Assembly (NCBI GenBank): GCA_022601635.1
Contig: JAJACG010000008.1
Span: 1,721 to 65,720 of the forward strand
Length of the DNA: 64,000 bases
From: Chlamydiales bacterium
GTDB taxonomy: Bacteria > Chlamydiota > Chlamydiia > Chlamydiales > JAAKFR01
Direction of reading: 5' to 3'
This document shows, piece by piece, positions 46,394-55,191 of the stretch. Each line of letters starts with the position of its first letter. Positions within the stretch are counted from its first letter, which is position 1. The position numbers were made by a program, and so were the translations under genes. The notes below the pieces were generated by a model. It did no database searches. It saw nothing but the letters and a program-made list of their open reading frames with translations, and had not been told where the DNA came from.

Positions 46394-46906
46394 ATGAACC
46401 TAACACTATTGACCTATGACAAAGACTCGCGTATTGATGGCGAGAGCTACGTGAGAAGTGAAGAACACAGATTTTCAGCTGATCCAATTGTAACTGTTCA
46501 TGAGACCGTCTGTCAGTTCTTCGAGGTCCAACAAGAGCGGAATAAGACCCTGCATAAGGCAATATTTGCAACTGACATACAGTTTAATTGGTATGAACTT
46601 AGAAAAAACGATTCCCCAGACATCATTCATGGAATAAAAATTCTTGACGGCGATCGCAATATAGCCCATGTTTCTGACATGGAAGCCCTTGAAGCTCTAG
46701 ATAGAGGTACTCGAAAAATACACATGACAACAAAATCAATGTTTATGTCTGGTGATCAGGCTGAATGGGCATTTGAAGATCTACAAGGCCATGAGCAAAG
46801 TTGTCCAGCCGCTGTGGCATTATATAACTCAGAATCGTATTCTAGCCTCACTCTATGTAGCACGAATTTAGGCACCCTATTAAAGTATGACATCCAAGCC
46901 CCATGA
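46394..46906 (+). CDS. Hypothetical protein
   Basis: 170-aa ORF whose 3' end overlaps the next gene's start by 20 nt. No family was recognised. Confidence 0.5.
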   Translation: MNLTLLTYDKDSRIDGESYVRSEEHRFSADPIVTVHETVCQFFEVQQERNKTLHKAIFATDIQFNWYELRKNDSPDIIHGIKILDGDRNIAHVSDMEALEALDRGTRKIHMTTKSMFMSGDQAEWAFEDLQGHEQSCPAAVALYNSESYSSLTLCSTNLGTLLKYDIQAP

Positions 46907-47486
46907 AGATCAAAAGCACTCGCATTTGCGTGACGTAGTTCGCAATTTGATCTCTTCAATTGCCCCTATCGATGCTTTGGAAAAATCTCATATAGACTTT
47001 GCGAAAAAATGGATCGATTCTGGTGCTGAAATATGTCGAATTAACAAACCAAATCTACCGAAGATTCACCTCATTTCCTACTTCATTCTCTTTGATCAAA
47101 AAAGGAAGTCTTTTTTGCTCGTCGATCATCGAAAGGCTAAAATGTGGTTGCCACCAGGTGGGCATGTAGATCCAGGAGAACACCCGAAAAAAACAGCTCA
47201 ACGTGAAGCAAGAGAAGAGCTTTCTATCGAGGCCGAGTTCTTATTAGAAGACCCCATTTTTTTAACACAGTCTGAAGTGAACGACTCCATCTCTACGCAT
47301 ACCGATGTCTCACTCTGGTATGTGCTAAAAGGTGTGCACGGAACCGATTTTGACTATGATTTAAGAGAATTTAAACGTGTACAGTGGTATGAGCAAACAC
47401 AAATTCCATTTGAACTCGCTGAGCCACATTTGAAAAGATTCATTAAAAAACTAGAGCTGACTCTGGCACCCCAAAGCATCTTGTGA
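46887..47486 (+). CDS. NUDIX hydrolase
   Basis: The Nudix box is GGHVDPGEHPKKTAQREAREELSIEA. Confidence 0.85.
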   Translation: MTSKPHEDQKHSHLRDVVRNLISSIAPIDALEKSHIDFAKKWIDSGAEICRINKPNLPKIHLISYFILFDQKRKSFLLVDHRKAKMWLPPGGHVDPGEHPKKTAQREAREELSIEAEFLLEDPIFLTQSEVNDSISTHTDVSLWYVLKGVHGTDFDYDLREFKRVQWYEQTQIPFELAEPHLKRFIKKLELTLAPQSIL

Positions 47487-47735
47487 CAAGTTCTTCTTCC
47501 TCTTCTTCTTGGATTTTCTGGAGCATCAAGAAGATCTGAAATTGTGAATTTAATGATTTCTGATCTCTCATTTGTTAGAGCAGGGTTTATTATAACACTT
47601 ACCAAATCGAAAACAGAGCGGAAACAAGAAGACTACGAGATAGCCATTCCCTACGGACCAACCCCTACAACATGCCCTCTCAGAGCGCTTCAAGATTGGA
47701 TCTCTCTTGCAGACATCCAAGAAGGCCCTCTCTTT
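47487..47735 (+). pseudogene. Relic of a tyrosine recombinase (integrase) catalytic-domain start
   Basis: It translates LLLGFSGASRRSEIVNLMISDLSFVRAGFIITLTKSKTERKQEDYEIAIPYGPTPTTCPLRALQDWISLADIQEGPLFR. That covers the catalytic Arg context, the KT beta-hairpin and the CP..AL..W block. The N-terminal part of the gene is missing, and the 3' side is cut by element copy 7. Confidence 0.7.
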
Positions 47736-47901
47736 AGGGAAACTCTGATTAACTACCGTTTGGCAGATGTCGTTAGAATTTTTGATTCGGCTAAATTCGG
47801 AGAGGAGCGCTAACCACTTGCTAGTTAGACGTTTGGTTACGAATTTCCCCTCGATAGAAATCTTGCCGAAATCTCTAGCAAGGTACTTATTCAGTATCTC
47901 C
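47736..47901. repeat. Palindromic repeat element copy 7 (alpha-left / inverted beta-left mosaic)
   Basis: It begins AGGGAAACTCTGATTAACTACCGTTTGGCAGAT...GCGCTAACCACTTGCTAGTTAGACG. It continues ...CCTCGATAGAAATCTTGCCGAAATCTCTAGCAAGGTACTTATTCAGTATCTCC. Confidence 0.88.
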
Positions 47902-48063
47902 TTCTGTATACCCAAAATTCATGTTCTGACAATGGCTTTTTAGCATTCATACAAATGATCGTCTGTGTTGCATAAGTCTGGACAATAGGGCCATACGAGG
48001 CCTCATCTCTTTTAACCTTCTTTTTTAAAGAAATAAAAGAGTATTTCAAATACCCTGCTTTTC

Positions 48064-49242
48064 ATGAACATGAGACGTTTCATTATCGCCTCGCTATTTT
48101 TGGTCACGATGGGATATGTGGCAACAGATCTCTATCTCCCATCGATGCCAGCCATCCAAAAGGCGCTGAACACTACCCCTTCACTTGTGCAATTCACCAT
48201 CCCTCTTTATATGGTGAGCTTCGCTTTTGCACACATCTTCTTTGGACCACTCTCTGATCGCGTTGGCAGGCGGCCAGTTATTTTATTTGGCCTGCTCTTC
48301 AGTTTGATTGGCACAACGCTCGCCATTTTTACCGTTAGCATCTGGATGCTCATTGTGGCGCGCTTTTTGCAAGGTGTGGGCCTTGGGGCGCCTGTTGCGG
48401 TGATTCGCCCTGCTGTTCGCGATGTCTCTTCCGGTGATGAATTTGCACACATCGCCTCTATTATGGCAACAGGAGCTGCTGCCTTTATGGCTGGAGCACC
48501 AGCACTCGGCGGCTATCTGCAGCACTTCTTCGGCTGGCGCAGCCCCTTTATCTTTCTATTAGGTTACACGCTTCTGCTCATTGCTCTCACTCTCATCTGG
48601 ATTCCGGAGACGATCAAAGAGAAGAATCCCGATGTGTTCAGACCGAAAGTCTTCTTTGGCAACTATCTCCACCTACTGACTAGCCCCATCTTTCTAGGCT
48701 ATACGTTGGCCTCTTCCTGTGCACTTGGTGGAACTCTAGCCTATTTCACAGCTTCTCCCTTCATCTTGCAAAAACAGATGGGACTCTCCCCCGTCGCCTA
48801 TGGCTGGACTATTATCATCCTAGCGATCGGTATGGGTGGTGGCGGGTTGCTCAATCGACTCTTTTTACGTCACTTTGGTAGACATCGTTCCCTTCTGATT
48901 GGTATTGCGCTACTCAGTATTGGAGCTCTATTCATGCTCTTCGCCTCTCTATTGGCCTCCCATCCCCTCATGGTAGTGATCCCCGCCGGTTTTTTTGCTA
49001 TTGGGATGTCGGTCACCATCACAAACGCCTCTGCTGGCGCCTTCACCCCCTTCCCCAATATCGCCGGCTTTGCTGGAGCGCTTTTTGGCTGCATTTTCAT
49101 GCTTGGTGCGGCTATCTCCTCCTCTTTGATGGCAAGCTTCGAAGATCAATCTCCTCTATTGGTTGCCTACTTCTTTCTCGGCAGCGCCTTTTTGGCAGGA
49201 ATTTGGCAGTGGATCGCCTTCCTTGCTGTAGACAAGAAATAA
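48064..49242 (+). CDS. MFS transporter, Bcr/CflA-type drug-resistance subfamily
   Basis: 392 aa with 12 TM segments and the GPLSDRVGRRPV motif between TM2 and TM3. Confidence 0.8.
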   Translation: MNMRRFIIASLFLVTMGYVATDLYLPSMPAIQKALNTTPSLVQFTIPLYMVSFAFAHIFFGPLSDRVGRRPVILFGLLFSLIGTTLAIFTVSIWMLIVARFLQGVGLGAPVAVIRPAVRDVSSGDEFAHIASIMATGAAAFMAGAPALGGYLQHFFGWRSPFIFLLGYTLLLIALTLIWIPETIKEKNPDVFRPKVFFGNYLHLLTSPIFLGYTLASSCALGGTLAYFTASPFILQKQMGLSPVAYGWTIIILAIGMGGGGLLNRLFLRHFGRHRSLLIGIALLSIGALFMLFASLLASHPLMVVIPAGFFAIGMSVTITNASAGAFTPFPNIAGFAGALFGCIFMLGAAISSSLMASFEDQSPLLVAYFFLGSAFLAGIWQWIAFLAVDKK

Positions 49243-49264
49243 TCTCCAGACTACTCTTTTTTCG

Positions 49265-50071
49265 ATGTTTAGATTCCTTATTGCTCTTGTGGCCACGACA
49301 AAACTTTTCGCCCTTTCCTACCATCAACTAGAGGAAGCTTTTCCAGAGGATATGCTTTGGGAGGGTAATGGTGAGGTGATGCTCTGTATGCACGGCTTTG
49401 GCATGGACAAAACTATTAGCTACTTTGTGCATGACATGCAGGTTGCTCCCTATCACTTAGTTGGATTTAACTTTCTCGATCACGGCGATAACATCAATAT
49501 TGAGCACCCAGAAAAACTCAGCTTTGGCACAGTGCACGAGCTTATCCCTATTGTTGACAGACTCAAAAAGTGTGTGTTGGAGCTGCAAGAGGAGCGGATT
49601 CATCTCTACGGCTTTTCAGCTGGTGGTGGAGCGATTGTCAACCTTTTGGCAGCTTTGAAGTGGCACCGCTTTTCTGAGGAGTTTGGATTGAGCTTTGAGC
49701 AGATGGATCTGATTTTGGCAGCGATCGAGAATGGATCGGTCATTTTGGACTGTCCGCTTAGATCGGTTGAAGAGATTGTTGAGGTACTGGAGCCTGACAA
49801 TCGCTACTTAATTGAGATCGGCAAGATTTATACTAAAAATGAGTTGCGACCAATCGACACACTGCTTAAGTTGGATGGAATGAGGCTCAACCTGCTTCTT
49901 GTTTTGGCAACGCCTGATGAGATTTTGTCTAATCGTGATGATGCGCTTTTTATAGAGAGAGCGAAGTGGGTGAACCGTCTTGGAAAAACAGTTGTGGTGA
50001 TGGCAAGTGAGGGCATGCACATTCCCTGCTTACCATCACTTGTTGAAGGATACCAAAGGTTGATCAAATGA
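49265..50071 (+). CDS. Alpha/beta hydrolase with a signal-like N-terminus
   Basis: The nucleophile elbow is HLYGFSAGGGA, and the N-terminus is MFRFLIALVATTKLFALS. Confidence 0.6.
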   Translation: MFRFLIALVATTKLFALSYHQLEEAFPEDMLWEGNGEVMLCMHGFGMDKTISYFVHDMQVAPYHLVGFNFLDHGDNINIEHPEKLSFGTVHELIPIVDRLKKCVLELQEERIHLYGFSAGGGAIVNLLAALKWHRFSEEFGLSFEQMDLILAAIENGSVILDCPLRSVEEIVEVLEPDNRYLIEIGKIYTKNELRPIDTLLKLDGMRLNLLLVLATPDEILSNRDDALFIERAKWVNRLGKTVVVMASEGMHIPCLPSLVEGYQRLIK

Positions 50072-50658
50072 AAACAATTTCTATCTATTTAGCAGGCAAT
50101 ATTAAGAAGAGTACAGAAGAATCAAGTGGCATCTTTTGGACTGAAGCGGATCGCCAAACTTTGCAGGAATCGATGCCCGATCATGAGCTGATTTTTCTCA
50201 ACCCAGCAACACGCACTGATGATCTTACTGATACACTCTCTGTATTTGGCCGTGATATGATGCAGGTAGCGATGGTAGATCTCGTTCTTGTCGATGCGAG
50301 GGAGAGGAGAGGACTTGGTGTTGGAGCTGAAATGATGTGGGCAAAGGTAAATTGCATTCCTTTAATTACATTGGCTCCGCTTGGCACACATTACCATCTC
50401 GATGAGTGCCACGTAATGGACCAAACTATTTCTGATTATATTCATCCCTTCATTGATTCTCTTAGCGATGGTGTGGCCAACAGCTTGCAGGAAGCTGCCC
50501 AACTTTTCTTGGAACTGAAAGAGGTGAAAGATCTCTCAACTGTTCGAGGATCGATGCAGCACTACCGTAATGCGCAATATCCACACGACTTGCCGATGCA
50601 GGAATTGATCGGCTCTTGTGAGCAGCTGCGAGAGAAATTGCAAGCTCCTACAAAATAG
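50068..50658 (+). CDS. Hypothetical protein, possibly with a nucleoside 2-deoxyribosyltransferase-like fold
   Basis: Its start overlaps the upstream stop (ATGA). The N-terminal ISIYLAGNI and the later GVGAEMMWA resemble the YLAG...E pattern of that fold. Support is weak. Confidence 0.4.
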   Translation: MKTISIYLAGNIKKSTEESSGIFWTEADRQTLQESMPDHELIFLNPATRTDDLTDTLSVFGRDMMQVAMVDLVLVDARERRGLGVGAEMMWAKVNCIPLITLAPLGTHYHLDECHVMDQTISDYIHPFIDSLSDGVANSLQEAAQLFLELKEVKDLSTVRGSMQHYRNAQYPHDLPMQELIGSCEQLREKLQAPTK

Positions 50659-50714
50659 TATTGCACTGGAAAAAGCTGCTGCCTATAGTTACGAAACCAA
50701 ACGGAGGTTTTTCG

Positions 50715-51215
50715 ATGAACAAGTTGTTTCTTCTTACTACTCTTCTATTCGCTCCACTATTTGCGCAGATGTCACCCCAACACTTCTATCTAGACACTGC
50801 CATGTGTGAGGGAGAGTGGTCATGCGTAAAAAGTGAGATGAAAAAAGGGCGCTATTTCGAGATCTGGTCGCGCAGTGATCTTGCTGAAGGTATTGAAGTT
50901 GAAAGCATCTATGTGGTTTCAACTCCAACTGCTCACGGCAAGAATCCAGATATGAAACACATGATGAGAAATGCTCTCTTCCCTGTAAAGTTTATGCCTG
51001 GAACACGCACAAGTGTGCAGCGCGAATCTGAAACTGAAGCTCTTTTTGAGTGGCACACACCAAACGGCCATCAAGCTGTTGTGCGCCTTCTGGTTGAGCC
51101 GACAACGTGTCACACCGTAAGCTACATGCAAAAGAGTGCAACGCGTCTCTCAGAAGAGGAGATCACAAGACGTGGCGACTTCCTCGATACGCTGCGCCTC
51201 ACCTTCTCAAAGTAG
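50715..51215 (+). CDS. Secreted hypothetical protein
   Basis: The start is taken at MNKLFLLTTLLFAPLFAQ (signal peptide). No family was recognised. Confidence 0.55.
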   Translation: MNKLFLLTTLLFAPLFAQMSPQHFYLDTAMCEGEWSCVKSEMKKGRYFEIWSRSDLAEGIEVESIYVVSTPTAHGKNPDMKHMMRNALFPVKFMPGTRTSVQRESETEALFEWHTPNGHQAVVRLLVEPTTCHTVSYMQKSATRLSEEEITRRGDFLDTLRLTFSK

Positions 51216-51712
51216 TGATTGATTTTCGACCCTTTCAACATGCGGACCTTCCTCTCTTCTATGAGTGGGCTAAAAGGCCGCATGTCAAAGATGTCTGGTT
51301 TCAGCCACAGTTTGAACCTCCTGAAGCAATTGAACGCAAGATCGGAGCTGATGGATCTGTTTGGCCCTTCATTATCACACTAAATGAACAGCCCATAGGC
51401 TATATCCAGTGCTGTGATTTAGGTTTATACCAAAGAACCGCCAAGGAACCCACGGGGCACTTTTTAAATGAGTCCAAAGGCTCCTTCTGTATCGACCTCT
51501 TCATCGGTGAAAAGGAATATCTTGGAAAAGGGCATGGAACAGATATCATCAAAAAATTCTCTCAATGGCTATTTAAAGAAAAGAGTGTGAAGCGTATACT
51601 CATAGACCCCAGCTCTCAAAATAGACGAGCAATCGCCTGCTATAAAAAAGCAGGCTTCTCAATTATACGAGAAGCTGATGGTGATACAATTCTTGAATTG
51701 AAGAATTCATGA
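51215..51712 (+). CDS. GNAT acetyltransferase, AAC(6')-Ib-like
   Basis: The GTG start overlaps the upstream stop by 1 nt. YLGKGHGTDIIKKFSQWLFKEKSVKRILIDPSSQNRRAIACYKKAGF parallels QLGKGLGTKLVRALVELLF...KIQTDPSPSNLRAIRCYEKAGF of AAC(6')-Ib. Confidence 0.7.
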   Translation: MIDFRPFQHADLPLFYEWAKRPHVKDVWFQPQFEPPEAIERKIGADGSVWPFIITLNEQPIGYIQCCDLGLYQRTAKEPTGHFLNESKGSFCIDLFIGEKEYLGKGHGTDIIKKFSQWLFKEKSVKRILIDPSSQNRRAIACYKKAGFSIIREADGDTILELKNS

Positions 51713-51736
51713 CGTTGTATTACAATGGTTTAAGGC

Positions 51737-52417
51737 ATGTCTAGAGCATTCAAAACAGCACTGTTTCAAGCTTTTCCCCTATTTGTCTTCCATATGACAC
51801 TTGGGGTGGTAGTTGGCTTACTCTTTCACGATGCGGGCTATGCTTGGTATGTGGCGCCTCTTTTTGCAGCGGTTGTCTTTGCTGGCACCATGCAGCTTCT
51901 AGCTCTCTCTTTTCTAGCCGCAGGCGGCTCGCTCTGGATCTTAGTCTTTTCTCTCATAGCGATTGGATTTCGAAATATTTTTTATGGTCTAACCATGCTG
52001 GAGCGCTATGAGAAGGTACCAAGACTCTTGAAGTGCTATTTGGCTCATGGATTGATCGATGGGATCTACTCCATTTTGCAGGTGGGACCCAAGTTTGAAG
52101 GCAAAGAGGATGTACGCTATATCACCTGGCTCACTCTTTTGGCTCACTTCTCATGGATCTTTTCTAACTTGGTGGGTAGCTGCCTCGGTTCTTTCATCAA
52201 GCTGCCGCCTAATTTGGAGTTTGCTCTGACCGCCTTTTTTGCGGCAGCGGCTGTTGAGCTCTTTTTGAAGCGGCGTCAAAAAAGAATTTTAGCAATCGCC
52301 TTTGTCAGCCTTGCTCTTGCTATCATCTTGATGCCGGGGCAGATCATGCTCCCCGGTATTCTGCTTGCTGTTGTTGGTTGCCTAATTGTCCCTGAAAAGC
52401 AAAAGGTGGTCGCATGA
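51737..52417 (+). CDS. azlC: AzlC-family branched-chain amino-acid exporter subunit
   Basis: 226-aa polytopic protein followed by a small AzlD-like partner with overlapping stop and start. Confidence 0.7.
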   Translation: MSRAFKTALFQAFPLFVFHMTLGVVVGLLFHDAGYAWYVAPLFAAVVFAGTMQLLALSFLAAGGSLWILVFSLIAIGFRNIFYGLTMLERYEKVPRLLKCYLAHGLIDGIYSILQVGPKFEGKEDVRYITWLTLLAHFSWIFSNLVGSCLGSFIKLPPNLEFALTAFFAAAAVELFLKRRQKRILAIAFVSLALAIILMPGQIMLPGILLAVVGCLIVPEKQKVVA

Positions 52418-52725
52418 AGTGGTATGCCCTACTCCCCATTGTTGCAGCAATCTCAGTAGGCGTTCGCCTCTTCCCCTTTATGGTAGGTGATTTTCTGCGC
52501 CGGTTCAGCTTCTTGAAGAAGTTATCTGTCATGCTACCTTGCTGCCTCTTGATCATGGTCACAGCTTACACCCTGCATGGGACAGATTTTTCCAACGCAT
52601 GGCCTGAAATCGGAGCGCTTCTCGGTGTCGTGCTCACCCAGGTGCTCTTCCGTACAATCACGATCAGCATGCTCGCAGGAGTGCTACTCCATCAGCTATT
52701 ACGCCTGATCCTCTTGACCTCATGA
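52414..52725 (+). CDS. azlD: AzlD-family small membrane protein
   Basis: 103 aa with 3-4 TM segments. It is translationally coupled to azlC. Confidence 0.65.
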   Translation: MKWYALLPIVAAISVGVRLFPFMVGDFLRRFSFLKKLSVMLPCCLLIMVTAYTLHGTDFSNAWPEIGALLGVVLTQVLFRTITISMLAGVLLHQLLRLILLTS

Positions 52726-53066
52726 CGCGCCTGATTAGGCGTGATCCCACGTTCATCCAAGGAACGCTGTACATTCTCCAAACCTTGATACTGCGCCGAC
52801 TGACGCTCAATCTTGGAAATCTCACTCTCCGCCTGCTTAATTGCTGCACTGGCTAGATCTAAATCAATCTTATCCAATCGTTTTTGCAATTTCTTTGCAG
52901 ATAAGTGACCAGCTGCAACGGATTTGAATTCATCCTCAACCTCTTGCATCTGGTGCTCAAGTGCGATCCGTACAGTGTGGGGAATATTGACCGTATTCAA
53001 CTCCCCCCACAAATTGTTGATCTCACGCTCTATATGTGTGATTTCCGCCTTGGTAGCTTTCGCCAT
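52692..53066 (-). CDS. Hypothetical coiled-coil protein
   Basis: 124-aa charged, heptad-like sequence. No family was recognised. Confidence 0.45.
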   Translation of the reverse strand: MAKATKAEITHIEREINNLWGELNTVNIPHTVRIALEHQMQEVEDEFKSVAAGHLSAKKLQKRLDKIDLDLASAAIKQAESEISKIERQSAQYQGLENVQRSLDERGITPNQARHEVKRIRRNS

Positions 53067-53105
53067 AACTGCACCTCCGCAACTAATATACAGAAGTTTA
53101 AGACC

Positions 53106-54008
53106 CTATGTAAAGATAAAATTACAAATAAGATCGACGCCAAAGCCGGAGACTCCCTTATCGGGCTCAAAGGGATCCCACGCCATCCCAGAGATATCGA
53201 GGTGAGCCCAGGGAAGGTCATCACTCACAAAGTAGTGCAAAAACTCAGCAGCAACCGAGCTTGCTCCCCACTGTCCTCGCCCATCATTGGAGAGGTCGGC
53301 TCTTTTAGAGCTCAGCTGCTTACGAAAGCTCTCACCTAGGGGCAGCGGCCATACAGGCCCCGCCTTTTGCAAAGCTTCTGTAAGCTTTGGGCAGTTGCAA
53401 AAGAGCCCAGCGTACTCATCAGCGAGGGCACCGAAGGTTTCCAGTGTAAGCGTGGCCAAATCTATGATTTGCGCAGGCTTAAAGCGCTGTTGAGCGTAGC
53501 TGATACAATCGGCCAAAATGAGGCGCCCTTCGGCGTCTGGATCTTTGACTTCAACTGTTGTGCCATCAAGCATTGTGATCACATCACCAGGTCTGATTGC
53601 CTCCTTGCCGGGCAGATTTTCTGCTAGGCCGACGATGCCAATGATGTGCTTTTTCGGCTTGAGCTTTGAGACCGCTTGCATAATTCCGCAGACGGCGGCA
53701 GCACCCGCTTTGTCTCTATGCATCTGATTGAGAAAGTTGCGTTTCAAATTGAGGCCACCGGCATCAAAGCAGACGCCCTTCCCAATCAAGACCAGTGGAT
53801 CTTCATCCGCCCCTTTATAGTGCATCACCACCAAAGCTGGTGGATTACCCGCCCTACCAACCGCCTCGATGGCTGGCAGCGGGGCGAGTACTTCGACATC
53901 AAGATCCAGTTTCTGACATCTGCTCGCAAAGATTTGTGGCGTCATCAGGTTTGATGGCGCATCGGTCAACTCTTTTGCCAACTGAATTGCCTCTTCTATT
54001 TCGTTCAC
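53106..54008 (-). CDS. M17 leucyl-aminopeptidase catalytic domain only (N-terminal domain absent)
   Basis: LIGKGVCFDAGGLNLK, NLPGKEAIRPGDVIT, DAEGRLILAD and DLATLT are present. It is 300 aa, versus about 500 aa for PepA. Confidence 0.8.
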   Translation of the reverse strand: MNEIEEAIQLAKELTDAPSNLMTPQIFASRCQKLDLDVEVLAPLPAIEAVGRAGNPPALVVMHYKGADEDPLVLIGKGVCFDAGGLNLKRNFLNQMHRDKAGAAAVCGIMQAVSKLKPKKHIIGIVGLAENLPGKEAIRPGDVITMLDGTTVEVKDPDAEGRLILADCISYAQQRFKPAQIIDLATLTLETFGALADEYAGLFCNCPKLTEALQKAGPVWPLPLGESFRKQLSSKRADLSNDGRGQWGASSVAAEFLHYFVSDDLPWAHLDISGMAWDPFEPDKGVSGFGVDLICNFIFT

Positions 54009-55191
54009 TTTTCCTCCTCATCACCACAGCGGTGATCAACATTGTCACAGCAATGGCCAAAAAGCCAACGCCAAAGTTTTGACTCACACCCTTCGAAATT
54101 CCGCCACCTACGAGTGAGGCGAGTGAAAATCCAAGAGGGATAAGCCCCATTACAGCTCCCTTCGCTGATACCTTCGCAACAGAGGCGTAGACAAAGGGAC
54201 CAATCAGCAGCTCAGCAAGGCTGATCACAGCAAAGAGCCCCATCACCCCAAATTGAGAGATGTTCACCCCCCTCTGCACAGCCACTCCTAAAAGTGCCAT
54301 CGCCAAGCCCACAATCAAAAAGGGCAGAACCAGCCGTTTACTACCCTTCATTTTGGCAACAAGAGTGCCAAAAAGAAGAACAACAAGCGGATTGATCCCC
54401 ATCAGTACCGCAGTTGGTACGCTAGTTGTCACACCTCTTTCGATGAAGAGCATCAAAGATGAGCCCATCTGCTCTTCAACAGCAAAGAAAATGACAAGCG
54501 CTACAAGAGGCATGATCACCTGCGGAACCCGTCTTAGCGCTATTACAAAGAGTGCAACAACTGCAAAGGGCAAGATCGGTAGGATCAGTGCCTGATTGTG
54601 CAGAGCTAAAAGAGCAAGCACAAAAAGAGCAGCTGTAGCCAAAAGCCCCAAAGCGGGCCGCTTTGATTCACCAAGGGGCATCCCCAAAAGAGTGATGACA
54701 CCAATTAGCATGCCCACTGCTGCTGCACCAAACCCAATGTGCCAGCCAAAGCGATTCGCCAATATAGGACAGCCTACAGAAGAGAGCAGCGCACCTATAT
54801 TCATCACCACATAGAAGAGTGTGAAATGGCGATCACAATCCTCACTCACTTCAGCTAAAAGCGCCGTGATATTAGGCGCAAAGAGCGAAGTGCCTGCCAC
54901 AATCAAAGAGAGCCCAACAAAGAAGCCTCCCTGAAAGGCAAAAACAAGGTGTCCCGCACCAATCAAAAGGGCGCCGAGCAGAAGCGCTCGGCGTACCCCC
55001 AAGAAACGGTCAGCAATCACACCACCAGCAAGCCCTCCAAGCTCAAAGAGCCCAGCATAAAGCGCATAGATCCCAAGAGCTTTTTGGTCACTCAAGCCCA
55101 TCGCTTCAACCATAAAGAGCACAAGCAGTGCGCGGTTGCCGTAGTGGCTAAAAAATTTCCAAAGCTGAGCAAAGAAAATTCTTCCAATCAT
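53899..55191 (-). CDS. POT/PTR2-family peptide transporter
   Basis: FSHYGNRALLVLFMVEAMGLS...GGVIADRFLGVRRALLLGALLIGAGH matches the POT signature region. The last ~36 codons overlap the M17 ORF. Confidence 0.8.
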   Translation of the reverse strand: MIGRIFFAQLWKFFSHYGNRALLVLFMVEAMGLSDQKALGIYALYAGLFELGGLAGGVIADRFLGVRRALLLGALLIGAGHLVFAFQGGFFVGLSLIVAGTSLFAPNITALLAEVSEDCDRHFTLFYVVMNIGALLSSVGCPILANRFGWHIGFGAAAVGMLIGVITLLGMPLGESKRPALGLLATAALFVLALLALHNQALILPILPFAVVALFVIALRRVPQVIMPLVALVIFFAVEEQMGSSLMLFIERGVTTSVPTAVLMGINPLVVLLFGTLVAKMKGSKRLVLPFLIVGLAMALLGVAVQRGVNISQFGVMGLFAVISLAELLIGPFVYASVAKVSAKGAVMGLIPLGFSLASLVGGGISKGVSQNFGVGFLAIAVTMLITAVVMRRKSERNRRGNSVGKRVDRCAIKPDDATNLCEQMSETGS

